A stretch of DNA of 64,000 nt, taken from the NCBI RefSeq assembly GCF_009914755.1, contig NC_060929.1, one strand, 5' to 3'. Under the pieces are notes generated by a model. The model saw nothing but the letters and a program-made list of their open reading frames with translations. It was not told where the DNA came from and did not search any database. A program made the position numbers and the translations under genes. Positions 1-13,500 of this stretch are shown here, one piece after another. The number at the start of each line of letters is the position of its first letter. Position 1 is the first letter of the stretch. Source of the stretch: the human T2T-CHM13v2.0 reference genome, Homo sapiens.

Positions 1-576
1 ATGTACCTCATGATGTGTTAATAATTAAGATTTTAATTTTGCCCATGACTGCTTATTCTCATTTTGTATTTAAAAGTCAATTAATGACCTAGCACTGTTT
101 CTCTATAAATTATCCACTTTTTTTCACAAATCTAGTCTCTTATGAAAATAAAGACCTTTTATAATTCCATATGGACTAGATTCTCAGCACTATATCATGC
201 AATAAAGTGTTCTTTCTATTATAAATTATAAAATGCATAAATTATGTTCCATTCTGGTTAGATCCATGCTAGTTGCTCACTGCAATCTCTGTTAACCTGA
301 ACCAATCAGGGCCTCTTCTGAACTATTTTCTTCTTGCTTCACTCTAAATGATCAGCCCTCTACTAGGCCATACTGCTATAAATTTTTATGGCAACAGGGA
401 AACTGCACGTACATTAAGTCTACCATAATATTTAATTCAAGCCATTTAGGAAGAAAAATAACTTGTGAAGAACATCAGTTTGGCTCACCACAGGATTCAG
501 CAAACATACTGATGAAGACAAATAATCACTTAATAAAAACCATTGAGCCCTGGGACTCTTAACTTTGAGAATGCAT

Positions 577-1108
577 TGGACAGGCTCTAACATGTTCCCC
601 GTGATCCCCAGCTCCTAGAATTCACACCTTGCGTAATCTCCTCCTATTGAATACGAATGGGACCTGTCACTGGCTTCTAACCAACAGAATATGTGAAAGA
701 TTTTGGAATGTCACTTCTGTCATTATGTTACATAGATTGTAATACCCTAATTTCAAGAGAACTTTCTCCCTTGTTGGCTTTGAGGAAGCAAGCAAAAAGG
801 TGAGAAGGACCCAGTTGTCAAGGAATTGAGGGCAGCCTCTGGCTAACAGCCAGCAAGAAACTGAGGCCCTCAGTCTGACATCCCACAAGGAAATGAAGGC
901 TGCCAACAACCACATGATCTTGGAGGCAGGTCTTTCTCTAGCTGAGCCCTGATGACATCACAGCTAGGGCCTCTATGTTGATTTCAGCCTTGTGAGAACC
1001 TGAAGCTGTGCCCAGATTAAAAAACTCATAGACACCATGAGCAAATAAACACCTGGTGCTTTAAATGCCTAAATCTGTGGTAATGTTATTATATAACAAC
1101 TATTAACA
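577..1108 (+). mobile_element. MLT1 (E/F-like) MaLR LTR, 5' LTR of a provirus
   Basis: MLT1-type motifs (aaccaacagaatat..gtcacttctgtcattatgttacat; ctgaggccctcagtc; tgccaacaaccac). Homologous to 3628-4189. Confidence 0.75.
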
Positions 1109-3627
1109 GACCGTGGTACATGGGAGTGCAGTGCTACTGTAAGAGGTTGGAATGTGAAAGTGGCTTTGAGACCACGGAATGGCAGGAAGCAGAATAATTT
1201 TGAGGAGCACATTAAAGAAAATCTAAATCACCTTGAACCATCCATTAGTAGAAATCTGGACTTAAAGGACATGGCCAGTAAGGGTTTAGAGGAAAATGGG
1301 ATAAAGAACTAAAACTGAACATCAAAACAGATGGTCTTCCCACCACACACACAAAAAAGAAAAATTTGTGACGTGATGCATGTGCCAATTGGTTCAATTT
1401 AGCCATCCACAATGTATGCATATTTTAAACAACATTTTGTACATGATAAATATTTACAAATTTCATCAAAAATAAATTAGTTATTGAAAAAGACAAAAAC
1501 ACAATTAGAAAAACAGGCAAAATATTTGAATAGACATTTCTATAAATAAGATACACTAATGTCCACTAAGCACATGAGAAGATGCTCAACAATATTAGTC
1601 ACTAAGGAAATTCAAATCAAAACCACAATGAGATACCAGTTCATACCTACTAGGATGGATAAAATTAAGGAAAAACAAAAGTAAATAAGAAGAATGCAGA
1701 GAAATTGGAACTCTCATGCGTTGCTGTTGGGAAAGAACATTGGTGAAGTCTCTTTAGAAAGCAGCATGGTGTTTCCTCAAAAAGATAAACATAGAATTAA
1801 CATCCAATGCAGCAATTTCACTCCTAGATATACAGTATACACAAAAAAGTTAAAACAGGGACTTAAATGGATACTCATATGCCAATATTCAGTACAGCAT
1901 TGACAATAGTCAAAATATTGAAAATATACCAAGTGTCCACTGATGAAAATAATGGATAAACAAAATGTGGTATAGCCATACAACTGAATCTTATTCAGCC
2001 TTACAAAAGGAATGAAGTTCTGACACATGCTACAACATGGAGGAACCTTGAACATTATGCTAAGTGAAACAAGCCAGACACAAAATGGCAACTACTGTAG
2101 GATTCCACTTATGTGACATATCTATAATAGGCAAATTAGTAGAGACAGAACATAAATTAGAGGTTATCAGGGGTTGGGAGGAGGGTGGAATAAGGAATAG
2201 TTATTATTGCTTAACAATTACAGAGTTTATGTTTGGGGCAATGAAAAGTTTTGGAAATAGTAGTTACGGTTATACAATAATGTGAATGTCAATAATGTCA
2301 CTGAATTACACACTTATAAATGATTAAGTGGCAAATTTATGTTTTTCGTGTGTGTGTGTGTGTAAAAGCACAGTAAAAACTTAAAAAGTAAACAGGAATA
2401 TATTATCAGGAACTGGAAAAAGGGAGAACTGCATTACACAATGGGTGAAAACTGCCAAAACTGCTACCTTTGTTAATATGAAAGGCAAAACACATAAGTT
2501 GAATTACATAGCTAAGGAAATTTCCAAACAAAGTGTTGAAGGTGCTGCTTGGTCTCTTCATGCTGCTTACAGTGAAATGTAGGTGAAGAAAGACTGAGGA
2601 ATGGATTATTAAACTAAAAGAACAGGAACTGGATGATTTTGGAAATCAGTCACTTTTAATGGCAAAAGATGCAAAAAATATGAAATAGCTTTCACAGTCC
2701 TTTCAAGTACTGTTAGGGAAGGTTGGAATACAGTAAAAGCTGATGTAGTGACTGTAAAACCTTTTATTGTAACCTCAGAAAGATGAAAGAATTGGAGTAG
2801 TATTTAGTTACACAAAGAGTCCTTTCTAGAGCAAGTGTGTGCCTCACAGATCCTCTCAACTGCATCAGATCACCTCTAGTGAGCTGGAGGGTGTTGTCTC
2901 TCAGCCATCTCAGCAGCACCCCAAGGTAGAGAAGAGCTAACTCAAAAAGGTCTGTGAATGTAGCTTTTGTTTAGTGGAGTAACCTTGTAGAAATCCATTG
3001 AAGGCCCATAATGTTTTTAAGAAACTTATTTCCACAACGATACCAGCAGCTTGGATGGAAAGGGACAGAGAAAATACACATGAAAGGCTGCTGGAAACCC
3101 TGCACATTCTACTGACAGGAAGGAAGCTGATAAAACTACCTAGCTACAAGCACGTGCTCTCTTCAAGAAAAAGAAAGCCTGACTCAGGAAGCATAACTAA
3201 GAGTCCAGAAGGCAGAGCCAAGAACCATAAAACATTATGCCCACTCCCTGAACTTAATTAAGCAACTCCAAACACTTGCTCAGCTAGATTTCAGAATTTA
3301 TATGGAACAGTGATTCCTTCATAATTTCCATCACTCCACCCACCTACTGCCTTTTTGAACAGAAATGTCTAAAGCTGTTATCCTTTGCCTGACTCTCCAA
3401 GTTTGTTAGTGGCAGATAACTTCTCCCTTTGGCTTTAGAGATTAACAGACTGATGGGAACTACACCCAGACAGCCTCTTCCACATGTGGGCCTGATGTAA
3501 ATAATAAGGTTCTGGACTTTGGGGAGATGGCTTAATGGGATAAGACTGAGGGACCTTGAAAGTGGGTGAAATGCATTCAGCATGTGAGGGGTAGGGATGT
3601 GAATGACTGGGGAACAGAGAATCAACT
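1109..3627 (+). mobile_element. MLT1 internal (MaLR-int) sequence, interrupted by L1 fragments
   Basis: Starts right after the LTR with a gtgg..tgct..gtggctttg int-like sequence and resumes at ~2390 (ggaaactggaaaaagggaga...) up to the second LTR. Confidence 0.65.
1325..2390 (+). mobile_element. L1M (L1MA/L1MB-like) 3' fragments nested in the MLT1 internal region
   Basis: L1 ORF2-end and 3'UTR motifs: aaatcaaaaccacaatgagatacca, ccaagtgtccactgatga..tggataaacaaaatgtgg, cattatgctaagtgaa. Confidence 0.8.
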
Positions 3628-4189
3628 CTGGCAGATAGACTCTATGGTGGCCCTAGTGAGCTCTGCCTCCTGATATTCATACCCTGTGTCATCACCTCCT
3701 CTAGGTTGTGGAGGCCTGTGTCTTACTTCCAAACAACAGAATATGGCAAAGGGGTGAGATGTCACTTTTGTGATTATGTTACATAAGTTTGTAATGCCCA
3801 TCTTGCAAGGAGACTGTCTTTCCTGCTGGATTTTAAAAGGCAAGTGACAACACCAGGAAGGATCGCTTGGCAAGAAACTGAGAGTGGTCTCTAAATAACA
3901 ACTATGTAAGGAATTGAGGTCTGCAGTTTGACAGCCCACAAAGAACTGAATACAAACAACTACCACATGATCTTGGAAGTGCATCCTTCCCCAGTGGAGC
4001 CTCAGATGAGACCACAGTTCTGGCCCATGTTTTGATTGAAGCCTGCTGAGGCCCCAAGCAGAGGATCTAGCTAAGCCATATAGGAATTCCTGACCCACTG
4101 GGACTATGAAATTTCAAAAAGAAACGTGTGTTGTTTTGAGCCACAAAGTTTATGGAACTACCACTACACAGCAGGAGGAAACTAGCACA
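3628..4189 (+). mobile_element. MLT1 (E/F-like) MaLR LTR, 3' LTR
   Basis: Shares gtcactt.tgt.attatgttacata and ccacatgatcttgga with 577-1108. Typical end tgttgttttgagccac...actagcaca. Confidence 0.75.
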
Positions 4190-5253
4190 GATAATAACAT
4201 TTGCATCTTGATAATATTTGCAGACGTCCATTTCTTCCTTTTGTTAGTAGCCTCTCTGGGAGTTGGTGCTTCTACTCAGTTCCTGCTACTCCAGAAAATC
4301 TTTTCAAGGAAATGTCAGAAGAGAAAAAGAAACTGTCTATACATTTTAAAGTACATGTAAAAATTAAGCTAGAGTTATTTTTCAGAAAAAAAAATTATGT
4401 AAATACTTCTGAGATTTTTGTTGCAACAAAGCTCCCATTGAATAATTCCACACACTGGAGATGTCCCAGATGAAAAATCACTAACTATAAACCTACCATT
4501 AACTTAGGGAATCTTTTGGGAAGATCAATTCATTATCTTGTGGCTACCCAGGATTTCTTGAGGGTTGATGGTGTTTAAATAAATATGATATACATGTATT
4601 AATTATTTTGTATGCCTAGTTCTTAGTCTTTTGTATTCTCCCATGGAGATCATAGTCTCCTTCAATCTTGAGCTTAGTCCTCAAACATCTGCATTGTTGG
4701 AATCAGAATGCTTTTATATTTCTTAGGTGAAGAGACCTTTCATATAACATGGCAGAGACATCTAAGAACCTATTGCTTATGAAGACCACAGAGGAAACTT
4801 TAGGTACTTGGTTTTTCTGGTTTTCATTAATCTCCCAGTAGCCCCCTAGAAAGACTATTCAATAGAAAAGCTTAAATTCTATAAAAATTTTACATAGTCC
4901 CTGTTCTTACTATCCATCTATTATTTAATTTCACGTTTTCCTCCATTGAGCAAATGCTAATCTACAAATGAACATTTCTTCTTTACAAAAGGAATATTTT
5001 ACATATAAGTCCCTCAAACACACTTGTCATCTTTATTGAAGACACCGCTGTATCTTTTCCTGAAGACACCGCTGTATGAAAAATCCTATGTGGATGCAAA
5101 CGTACGCATATGTTAGCCACAGTGTTAATCAGCCTCTTCCTTCCTGTGTGATCAGCCTGGGAATGGTGATAACACATGCTAAGTTTGTGGTGGTGCCTTG
5201 ACTCTAGGGAAGCCTTTGTACAGATGGAAGTGACTTTGCCTGGATGGGCTATA

Positions 5254-5610
5254 CAGGTTGAGCATCCCTTAGCTGAAATGTTCAGGACCATTAGTGTTTT
5301 GGATTTCACATTGTTTCAGATTTTGGAATATTGGTGTATATATAATGAGATATCTTGGGGATAGGACCCAAGTCTAAATACAAAATTCATTCATTCACAC
5401 ATCAAATATACCATATACACAAAGGCTGGATGTAGTTTTATATATTTTAAATAATTTTTTGCATAAAACAAAGTTTTGACTGCATTTTGACGGCAAAAGT
5501 CAAAAAACCGTGTGGAAATTTCCACTTGTGGCATCATGTCACTGCTAGAAAAGTTTTGGATTTTGAAGCATATTGGGTTTCAGATTTTCAGATTAGGAAT
5601 GTTCAACCTG
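5254..5610. mobile_element. Tigger4b/MER46-like TcMar MITE
   Basis: Terminal inverted repeats CAGGTTGAGCATCCCT...AGGAATGTTCAACCTG with a left TA target site; the interior matches my recall of Tigger4b. Confidence 0.8.
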
Positions 5611-6880
5611 TCCTAGGTGACAATTCATAGCATTTAAAAACTTCCAACCAATTTAAAATTGTACAAGGCTTGGAAATAATAGGGAGACAATTCTTCCATA
5701 ATAGGCTTTCCCACTTATCAACTGGTGTTAGAAAATGACAGGGCTTGCACAAGACTGTCTCAGGGACTGCTTAAAAAATGACACACCCTGCTTGGTAAAA
5801 ATCATCTTCATTTCCTGTTAGTCAAAAGGAGTGAAATCTTAATTGGCAAGTGAGGAACACACTTGAAGAAAAAAAGGAATGATTCTCCTTAGTTGATTTT
5901 AGGTTGTAGTAAATACCTAATAGAGAGCTATCTAAACAGTAAGTCTGTTGGTTCTGTTCGTATAAATACTAAATGCATAGCAAATAACTATATACAGTAT
6001 TTTTATTCGAGGTTCCAGTGAGCTCATGTCATCAAATATAAACCTGCTACATTTTAATTAAAATGCACTGAAAGTCATTCAATAAGTTTATATTAGTATA
6101 GCTGAATAAGAATCCTGAAAGCATTATGAAATTTACCTACTTGAATTCTTTCCCAATAGTGACAAATTAGAATAAACATTAATAGTATATTTAATGCATA
6201 TTAAGACAGATTCAATGATCTTGCAAAACAGATTCAATGATTACGATTGCAGAGGTTGAGCCTGAAACCAAATGTCTAATTCTACACCAAGAAACAAATT
6301 GTTAAATCCAAGACTAAATCAAAATGTTGCCATGATGTGCTGAAAGCTCAAAATACACGTGGAAAAGAGCCCCCAATTTGGGTTGTGCTGCAGCTTCATT
6401 GAGGGTATTTCTGAATATGCCCTCCCATGCCTTCCAGAGGATTAACTGAGTTCTGAGGAAAACCCTACCGCACCTGCCCAGTAGTGTCTGCATCCGGGAC
6501 CTTCTTAGGTCCTCCTTGGAACTGGAGCTTTGAGATCTGTCTGGTTAAATTCTCACAAGAGTAAGTCTCCTGCAGACGTACTTCCAGAGTCTCCAGGAGC
6601 CTAGCACAGCACAGAGGTTCCTGGGTACTCTAATCCCTTGGCAATTGCTCAGCGGAGCCAGCCCAGCTGTGTAGGCACCAGAGCAGCCCAGTGATGCTGT
6701 CGACGAGGCTTTGATCAAAATTAAAGGATGCCAGGAAAAGAAGAGGACGACTGGCTCAGCGGAAAGGGATGCCACACATAAGCTTAGGCAGATCCAAAAC
6801 TAAAACCGCGGGGAACTCGACCTGGCCGGAATGAGAGTAAGCGTGAGGCTGGCGGTGCTGGCAGCAGGGTGGGCACGTAC

Positions 6881-7024
6881 CTTTCCTCGCGGTTCTGTCC
6901 CACGCACACCCGGCCCCCGTGCCTGGGAGTGGGGTTGCTGCAGGAGCGCTGCCGCACCTGGAAGCCGATCCCACAGGTAGTGCTGCAGGGAGACCACGAG
7001 GTCCAGGGAGTCCAGCCTCCGTTC
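6881..7024 (-). CDS. SEMA5A: SEMA5A internal coding exon, 144 nt (second TSP1 repeat); symmetric phase 2-2
   Basis: Acceptor cttcccttccctcAG|GAAC; donor AAG|GTacgt. Encodes (R)NGGWTPWTSWSPCSTTCGIGFQVRQRSCSNPTPRHGGRVCVGQNREE(R), with WxxWxxW and CSxTCG TSR motifs. Confidence 0.96.
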
Positions 7025-8591
7025 CTGAGGGAAGGGAAGCAATGCAATCATTAGGTCCCGCAGGCTCAGAGTCCAAGCCCTGTCTGCACCCACGGCCAAA
7101 TGCCTGTGTTCCTCAGGAGGATCACGCTTGGGGCTGCTCAGGAGAGAAAACACCAGCCAGGGGACTGAATGGACTGCACCCTGTGAATCTCAATTCCTGT
7201 GTCTGCAGCCCCCAGGCATCTGGTTTATAGCCAAGATAGGAAATTTGAGAATAAAGTTTTAAGTGCACCATAAATAATGGACTATATTAGAAACTATCAA
7301 AAAACTTGAGTCATGAAAATATTAAACTAATAAAGAATAAGGTTATTTCACTGAACAGCATTTAGAAATGAATCCCTACACCTCTACAGTTTAGGATTTT
7401 TTGGACTTGTATTATATCATTTATAATCTATGAGAAGTGCACCTTTGGACAAAATGCTCATCTAAAACTGCCGAAAATGCTATCTTTTAAAATCTATTAA
7501 TATCAATGAAAATCAGTAACTTTCCTGATAGCATCAAATTGATAAAGAGTGTTGTACTGTTAGAATAACTATCAAAGCTTTAAAACGAAAATGTTGTATT
7601 GTTAGAATAATATTCAAAGCTTTAAAACAAACTTTATTAAAAATTTAAAAAGGATGTTTAAATTCAGATTATTGGCTATCTTTTCACAGATTGACAGAGA
7701 CATAAAGAGTGCAAATAAGAAGTGCAAATTGCATATAACTAACCATGTGTATTTATGTTATTACACATACAGAGTAATGTAGATATATAAAAATATAAAA
7801 TAAAAATAGGATGAACCAATTTAAAAAATTTTTTTAATTCTATTGACAGCTCTAGAAATGTTTTAGTATTGTATTTTTTCCTTAAAATGCTTGTATTCAG
7901 ACTGGTTATAATTTAAGTGTCCCCCTTAACATGTTGCTCCTGCTATTAAAAAATACATAGGTTTTTTTTTAAAATTTCATGTGTTAAAATATATATTAAA
8001 TCCAGATTCCAAACTTCCACATAGACGGTCTACTTCATGCAGAATTTTTTTACTTCTGCAATCACATATGCATTTCTTTGGATATTTGTCACCTTCATCC
8101 ATAAGATTTACATTTCCTATGAAAAAATATTAGCTCACATTAATTCTCATTTTTACTTTGTGTATTTCCTTTTAAAATATGGAGGTCAACAACTATGCCA
8201 CTGAAGGTCCTGCTATAAATAATATGTTGAATATATCATATTAAAAATAATTTCAAATAAAAATTTTTCTGAGAAAATTCTTAGAATATTTCATGTTTTC
8301 CTACTTTACTGAAACCTAATGATTTAATAAAATATGTAGTAATAGCTTTATGTATGATATTATAATAAACCTGCTCTATAATAATATAACCAAAATTATC
8401 ACACAATAAGACAAATCTTCCCACATTTCTTATAAAGATAATCAGCTAGTATCTTATACCCTGCTACCTAAAATCTTAAAAATTATCCATGTTATTCACT
8501 GAATTATATTTAAAAATTTAAATAGCAGTTTTAATATAAATAAATTACATTTAATTTGCAAAGTTTCATTACATGTGCAAAAAGTTGTTAG

Positions 8592-8961
<370 letters not shown>

Positions 8962-10539
8962 ACAAATGTGGAATTTTATGACATATTCCATTTACAATAT
9001 ATGGAACATGTTTGTATATAGGGTAGTAACTAAATAAAAGTGTATATAAGTAATAGGAAAAGAATATCTGAGGAAAGAAGTGAATGCAGCTTTACACGTA
9101 TATGTCTATTACCCAGACCTGAGTTTCCATACTTCTAAATGCTGCTTAGAGGCAGACACAGTGACCAAACAAGTCACATAAAGTAAACAGAGATCAGGAG
9201 GGGGTCACTTTCACGATTATTAGTACAAAGCAATCCACTTACGCTTTTAAAGCCTCATTAAAACTAGTTCACTTTCTAGATTTTTAATCTTAAAATAACT
9301 ACTAGTTGCATTGCAGCTCTGCTTAGAAAATGACTTTCCAACTAGAGCAAGAACTGAAGACATATCGATAAATAAGTTATAGCAATTCATTTGATAATCT
9401 TCTTTTTCCATGAAACAATATGAGCAAAGAGTATTAGCTACTTGTTGTAATCTTCAAACAACAGCAGTTTGATAGTTTTTGTAAGTTTTACCCAGGCATC
9501 TGTGGAAATCATTTCATTTAATAGAAAGCATACAGTACATAATGCAATGTTGATATGCCTGTGTCCCCTGTAATACAAAACAAAACAAAAAAAAACCCTA
9601 ATCTCTGTGGCCCTGATTTGCTCCTTTCACCTTGGTGGTGAGAAAAATGTGAGCAGAGGGCAAAGTCGGCCTTTTGCTCCTGCACTTTACTTTCCTGGCC
9701 CACTTCCTCTTAGGTGCATGTGCCTGCATGACCTGGGCTCTCCTACAATTTGATCACCCAATCTGATTTCCACTGTTAGTGACTTCATAAACAATTGTCC
9801 CAGAGACTTTTTTTTTCATTCTAAGTGGGCTCATGGAAAGCAGATAATATGTTTAAAAAATACTGCAAATTAATGAACAAGTGACAAAGAAGCATAAAGA
9901 CTGATCTCAGAAGTGTTCCTGATACTTGCTTTAAAATTTCTCTGTGATCATGGTGTTATAGGTGCAGGGGATGGAGAGCAAACAGAATATAGTTGTAAAA
10001 TAAATAAATAAATAAAACAAACACCACCACAGTAAGCGGAAGCAACAGGAAAGCTATTCAATAGGTTATCTTATTTAAACTGCTCTCTTGATTACCCAGT
10101 GCCTAACGTTAGCTCAGGTGAGGTGCTCTGAGCTCCAATATCCTATGGAGTAGAGCAAGTCGATCAAGGACTTGGCTTCTTCTACCTCCTAACCTAGTGT
10201 TATTATATCCTACCCCTAATGGACTATTTGTAGATATATTCCATGAAAAGACTATTAAATAACATGGATGTTTTCCTTAAACAAAGCCAATCATATTGTC
10301 CAAATTGTAAATACTTTTCCTAATCTAATGAAGAGTATGTGAATAAGCGTAGATCTGTAATCCAATTTATAGTTTAAAATCTCCTTGCAAAAATCATGTA
10401 AGTTTTAAATGGTGAATGTCCCTGGTGTTTCACCACAGTTCTCTCCAAAAGGGAGTTATATTATAAATGATGTCCCAAACTCCTCGAGAATCTGAGTTTA
10501 ATACACAGCAGCACAACTGGCGTGTTCTGAGCGGCACAC

Positions 10540-10721
10540 CTGGAACAGTTGGCGATCTCCATGCCAGGGCCCTCGCACTGCCAGCCACCACACTGCGGGG
10601 CCGGGCTGTCGCAGGAGCGGGTTCGACAGAGGCAGGATCCCACGGCGCTGCCATCTGTGTGAGTGCAAGGCGTCCACGGAGACCACACACCAAAGTGCCC
10701 ATCCACGGTGAGATTCCTGGT
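10540..10721 (-). CDS. SEMA5A: SEMA5A internal coding exon, 182 nt (first TSP1 repeat); phase 0 in, phase 2 out
   Basis: Acceptor ttttgcttcctAG|ACC; donor CCAG|GTgtgc. Encodes TRNLTVDGHFGVWSPWTPCTHTDGSAVGSCLCRTRSCDSPAPQCGGWQCEGPGMEIANCS(R). Confidence 0.96.
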
Positions 10722-10857
10722 CTAGGAAGCAAAACCAAGCAGAGGTGTCAGAAAAGGTTAAAGCTGAACACATAATGGAGTAAAAATTAAAAATCCCTCA
10801 TAAGACAATCAAAACTCCTCTAGAATTTGTTGTTGTTGTTGCTGCAGTTAGAAAAAG

Positions 10858-11141
10858 GGCCAGGCGCGGTGGTTCACGCCTGCATCCCAGCACTTCAGGA
10901 GGCCGAGACGGGCAGATCACGAGGTCAGAAGATCGAGACCATCCTGGCTAACACGGTGAAACCCCGTCTCCACTAAAAATACAAAAAATTAGCCTGGCAT
11001 GGTGGCGGGTGCCTGTAGTCCCAGCTACTCAGGAGGCTGAGGCAGGAGAATGGTGTGGTGTGAACCCGGGAGGTGGAGCTTGCAGTGAGCCGAGATCGCA
11101 CCACTGCACTCCAGCCTGAGGGAAGGAGCGAGACTCCGCCT

Positions 11142-11188
<47 letters not shown>
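10858..11188 (+). mobile_element. AluY-like element with a ~46-nt pure poly-A tail
   Basis: Y-type diagnostics gatcgagaccatcctggctaacacgg and ggagcttgcagtgagccgagatcg. Confidence 0.95.
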
Positions 11189-11190
<2 letters not shown>

Positions 11191-11234
11191 TTGCATAAGG
11201 GAGTATTTCAACGTAAAGCAGCAGAGGTGATTGC

Positions 11235-11420
11235 TGGAGATGGTGAGGAAGAAGCAGGGAGGGAGACAGGGGGAAAGGGGAGACAGAAAATAAGAAGAGG
11301 AAGATGAAGAAGAAGAAGGAAAAGGAGGAGGGGGAGGAGGAGGAAAGGAAGGAGAAGAAAAAGGAGAAGGAGAAGAATGATGGGAGGAGGGCTGAGAAGA
11401 GAGGAGGAGGAAGAGTGAAG
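11235..11420 (+). repeat. GA-rich polypurine low-complexity tract
   Basis: Near-pure purine run of gaggag/gaagaa units. Confidence 0.85.
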
Positions 11421-12132
11421 GATACTAGTGACTTGGCATCAAGTTATGGACAAATTGTCCACTAATTTGGAAAATCCAAAACTAAGAGGAACTGGAGTGA
11501 AAAATCACAGCTGCACAACCCCATTGCATGTTTATGTGCCTTTAAAAAATGAAAGCTTAGTAACATTTATCATTAAAGACTTGGTTTGGCTCTCAAACTG
11601 AAAGCATTCAATTCAGAACATATTTAAAGAGTATCTATTAAGCAGCTGCAGCGCTTCTCTTTGTTAAGAATATCCCAGTCAAACCTGTTTTCTGATCAAC
11701 TTCTAAGAGCTTATGGGCCAGTGAGAAACAGCTAGACACATAACTATTACTCCATGTAGAATCCGACGATGGATTCACGAACAGGGGCTATCGGAGCAGA
11801 GGAGAGAACACCCAACATGCTCACAAGGTCTGGGAAGAGCAACGAGGAGCCTGTGTTGAGTCTTAAAAAGTGAAGAAAGAGCCAAGTAGAGGGGCTAGCA
11901 AGGGCTGGCAAGGATGAAGGCAGAGGAATGAGGCTGCCAAATGCAAAGGGCACATGGGCATTCCCCATCAGTGTGGGGTGAGCTGGTGGTTCAGGGGAGC
12001 AACACCAAGGACTGAGGAGGAACCCAGGGCAGGGACCTCATGGGGAGGGGTCAGGGAGCCCCCTGAGCTTGCTGGTGTGGCACCTCTGAAGGCACTCAAG
12101 GGGAGGGCATGGCATCGCTGGGACATGCATGA

Positions 12133-12689
<557 letters not shown>

Positions 12690-13220
12690 TGAGAAAATCT
12701 GAGCAAGGAAGACCTTTGGTGATGAGTGAACCGCATGCTTTCACCTTGCCCTCTGCAGCTGGCTGCACCCCTCCTCCTCTGCCAGAGTTCTCTTCCAGAA
12801 CCATCCACTACCATCGGAAAGACTCATCATCCTCACATGAAACAACTCACAGGAAACAACTCTATGTACCATACAGTTCATTCTCTTCGGGTTACAAACT
12901 ATACCCATACTTCGCCATTTCAGAATAATGCTGACACCATATTTTGTGGGTAAAAATATAGGCAAACTTTACTTTTGATACATCATTGACCCAAATACAA
13001 TAGGAACTAACATGAAAAGTGTTCGTTGTTTTTGACATGACCGGTTGGCCAAATCCAATTGCTATAATTATGACTATCCCTCCTTTCTAACCAACCCTCT
13101 AACATTTTCTATCCAGTAAGGTGGATGGGATTGGGAATTTCCTTCCATACCTGGCTATCTATGTAAGAAACTGTGGCAAAACGGACGGAATGGAGCTGCA
13201 CCATCTGTTAGAGCAATTCT

Positions 13221-13500
13221 TTTCTTTTTGTAAATTTTACTTTAAGTTCTGGGACATATGTGCAAAATAATCAAGTTTGTTACATAGGTATACATGTGCC
13301 ATGGTGGTTTGCTGCATCTATCAACCCATTACCTAGGTTTTAAACTCCACATGCATTAGGTATTTGTCCTAATGCTCTCCCTCCCCCTCACAACCCACCC
13401 TCCAACAGGTCCCAATGTGTGATGTTGCCCTCCCTGTGCCCATGTGTTCTCATTGTTCAACTCCCATTTATGAGTGAGAACATGCAGCACTTGGTTTTCT
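13221..13500 (-). mobile_element. 5'-truncated L1PA 3' end (~280 bp)
   Basis: L1PA 3'UTR (gtttgttacataggtatacatgtgccatggtggtttgctgc); flanked by the perfect direct repeat TCTGTTAGAGCAATTCT. Confidence 0.92.

Noticed and set aside
3622-4098. Longest ORF in the track (158 aa)
   Set aside because: Lies antisense within an MLT1 LTR; no recognisable domain.
6756-7230. Overlapping ~100-aa ORFs on both strands at the TSR2 exon (likewise at 10430-10775 and 24047-24675)
   Set aside because: Shadow frames of GC-rich SEMA5A exons; only the frame bounded by splice sites gives a recognisable protein.
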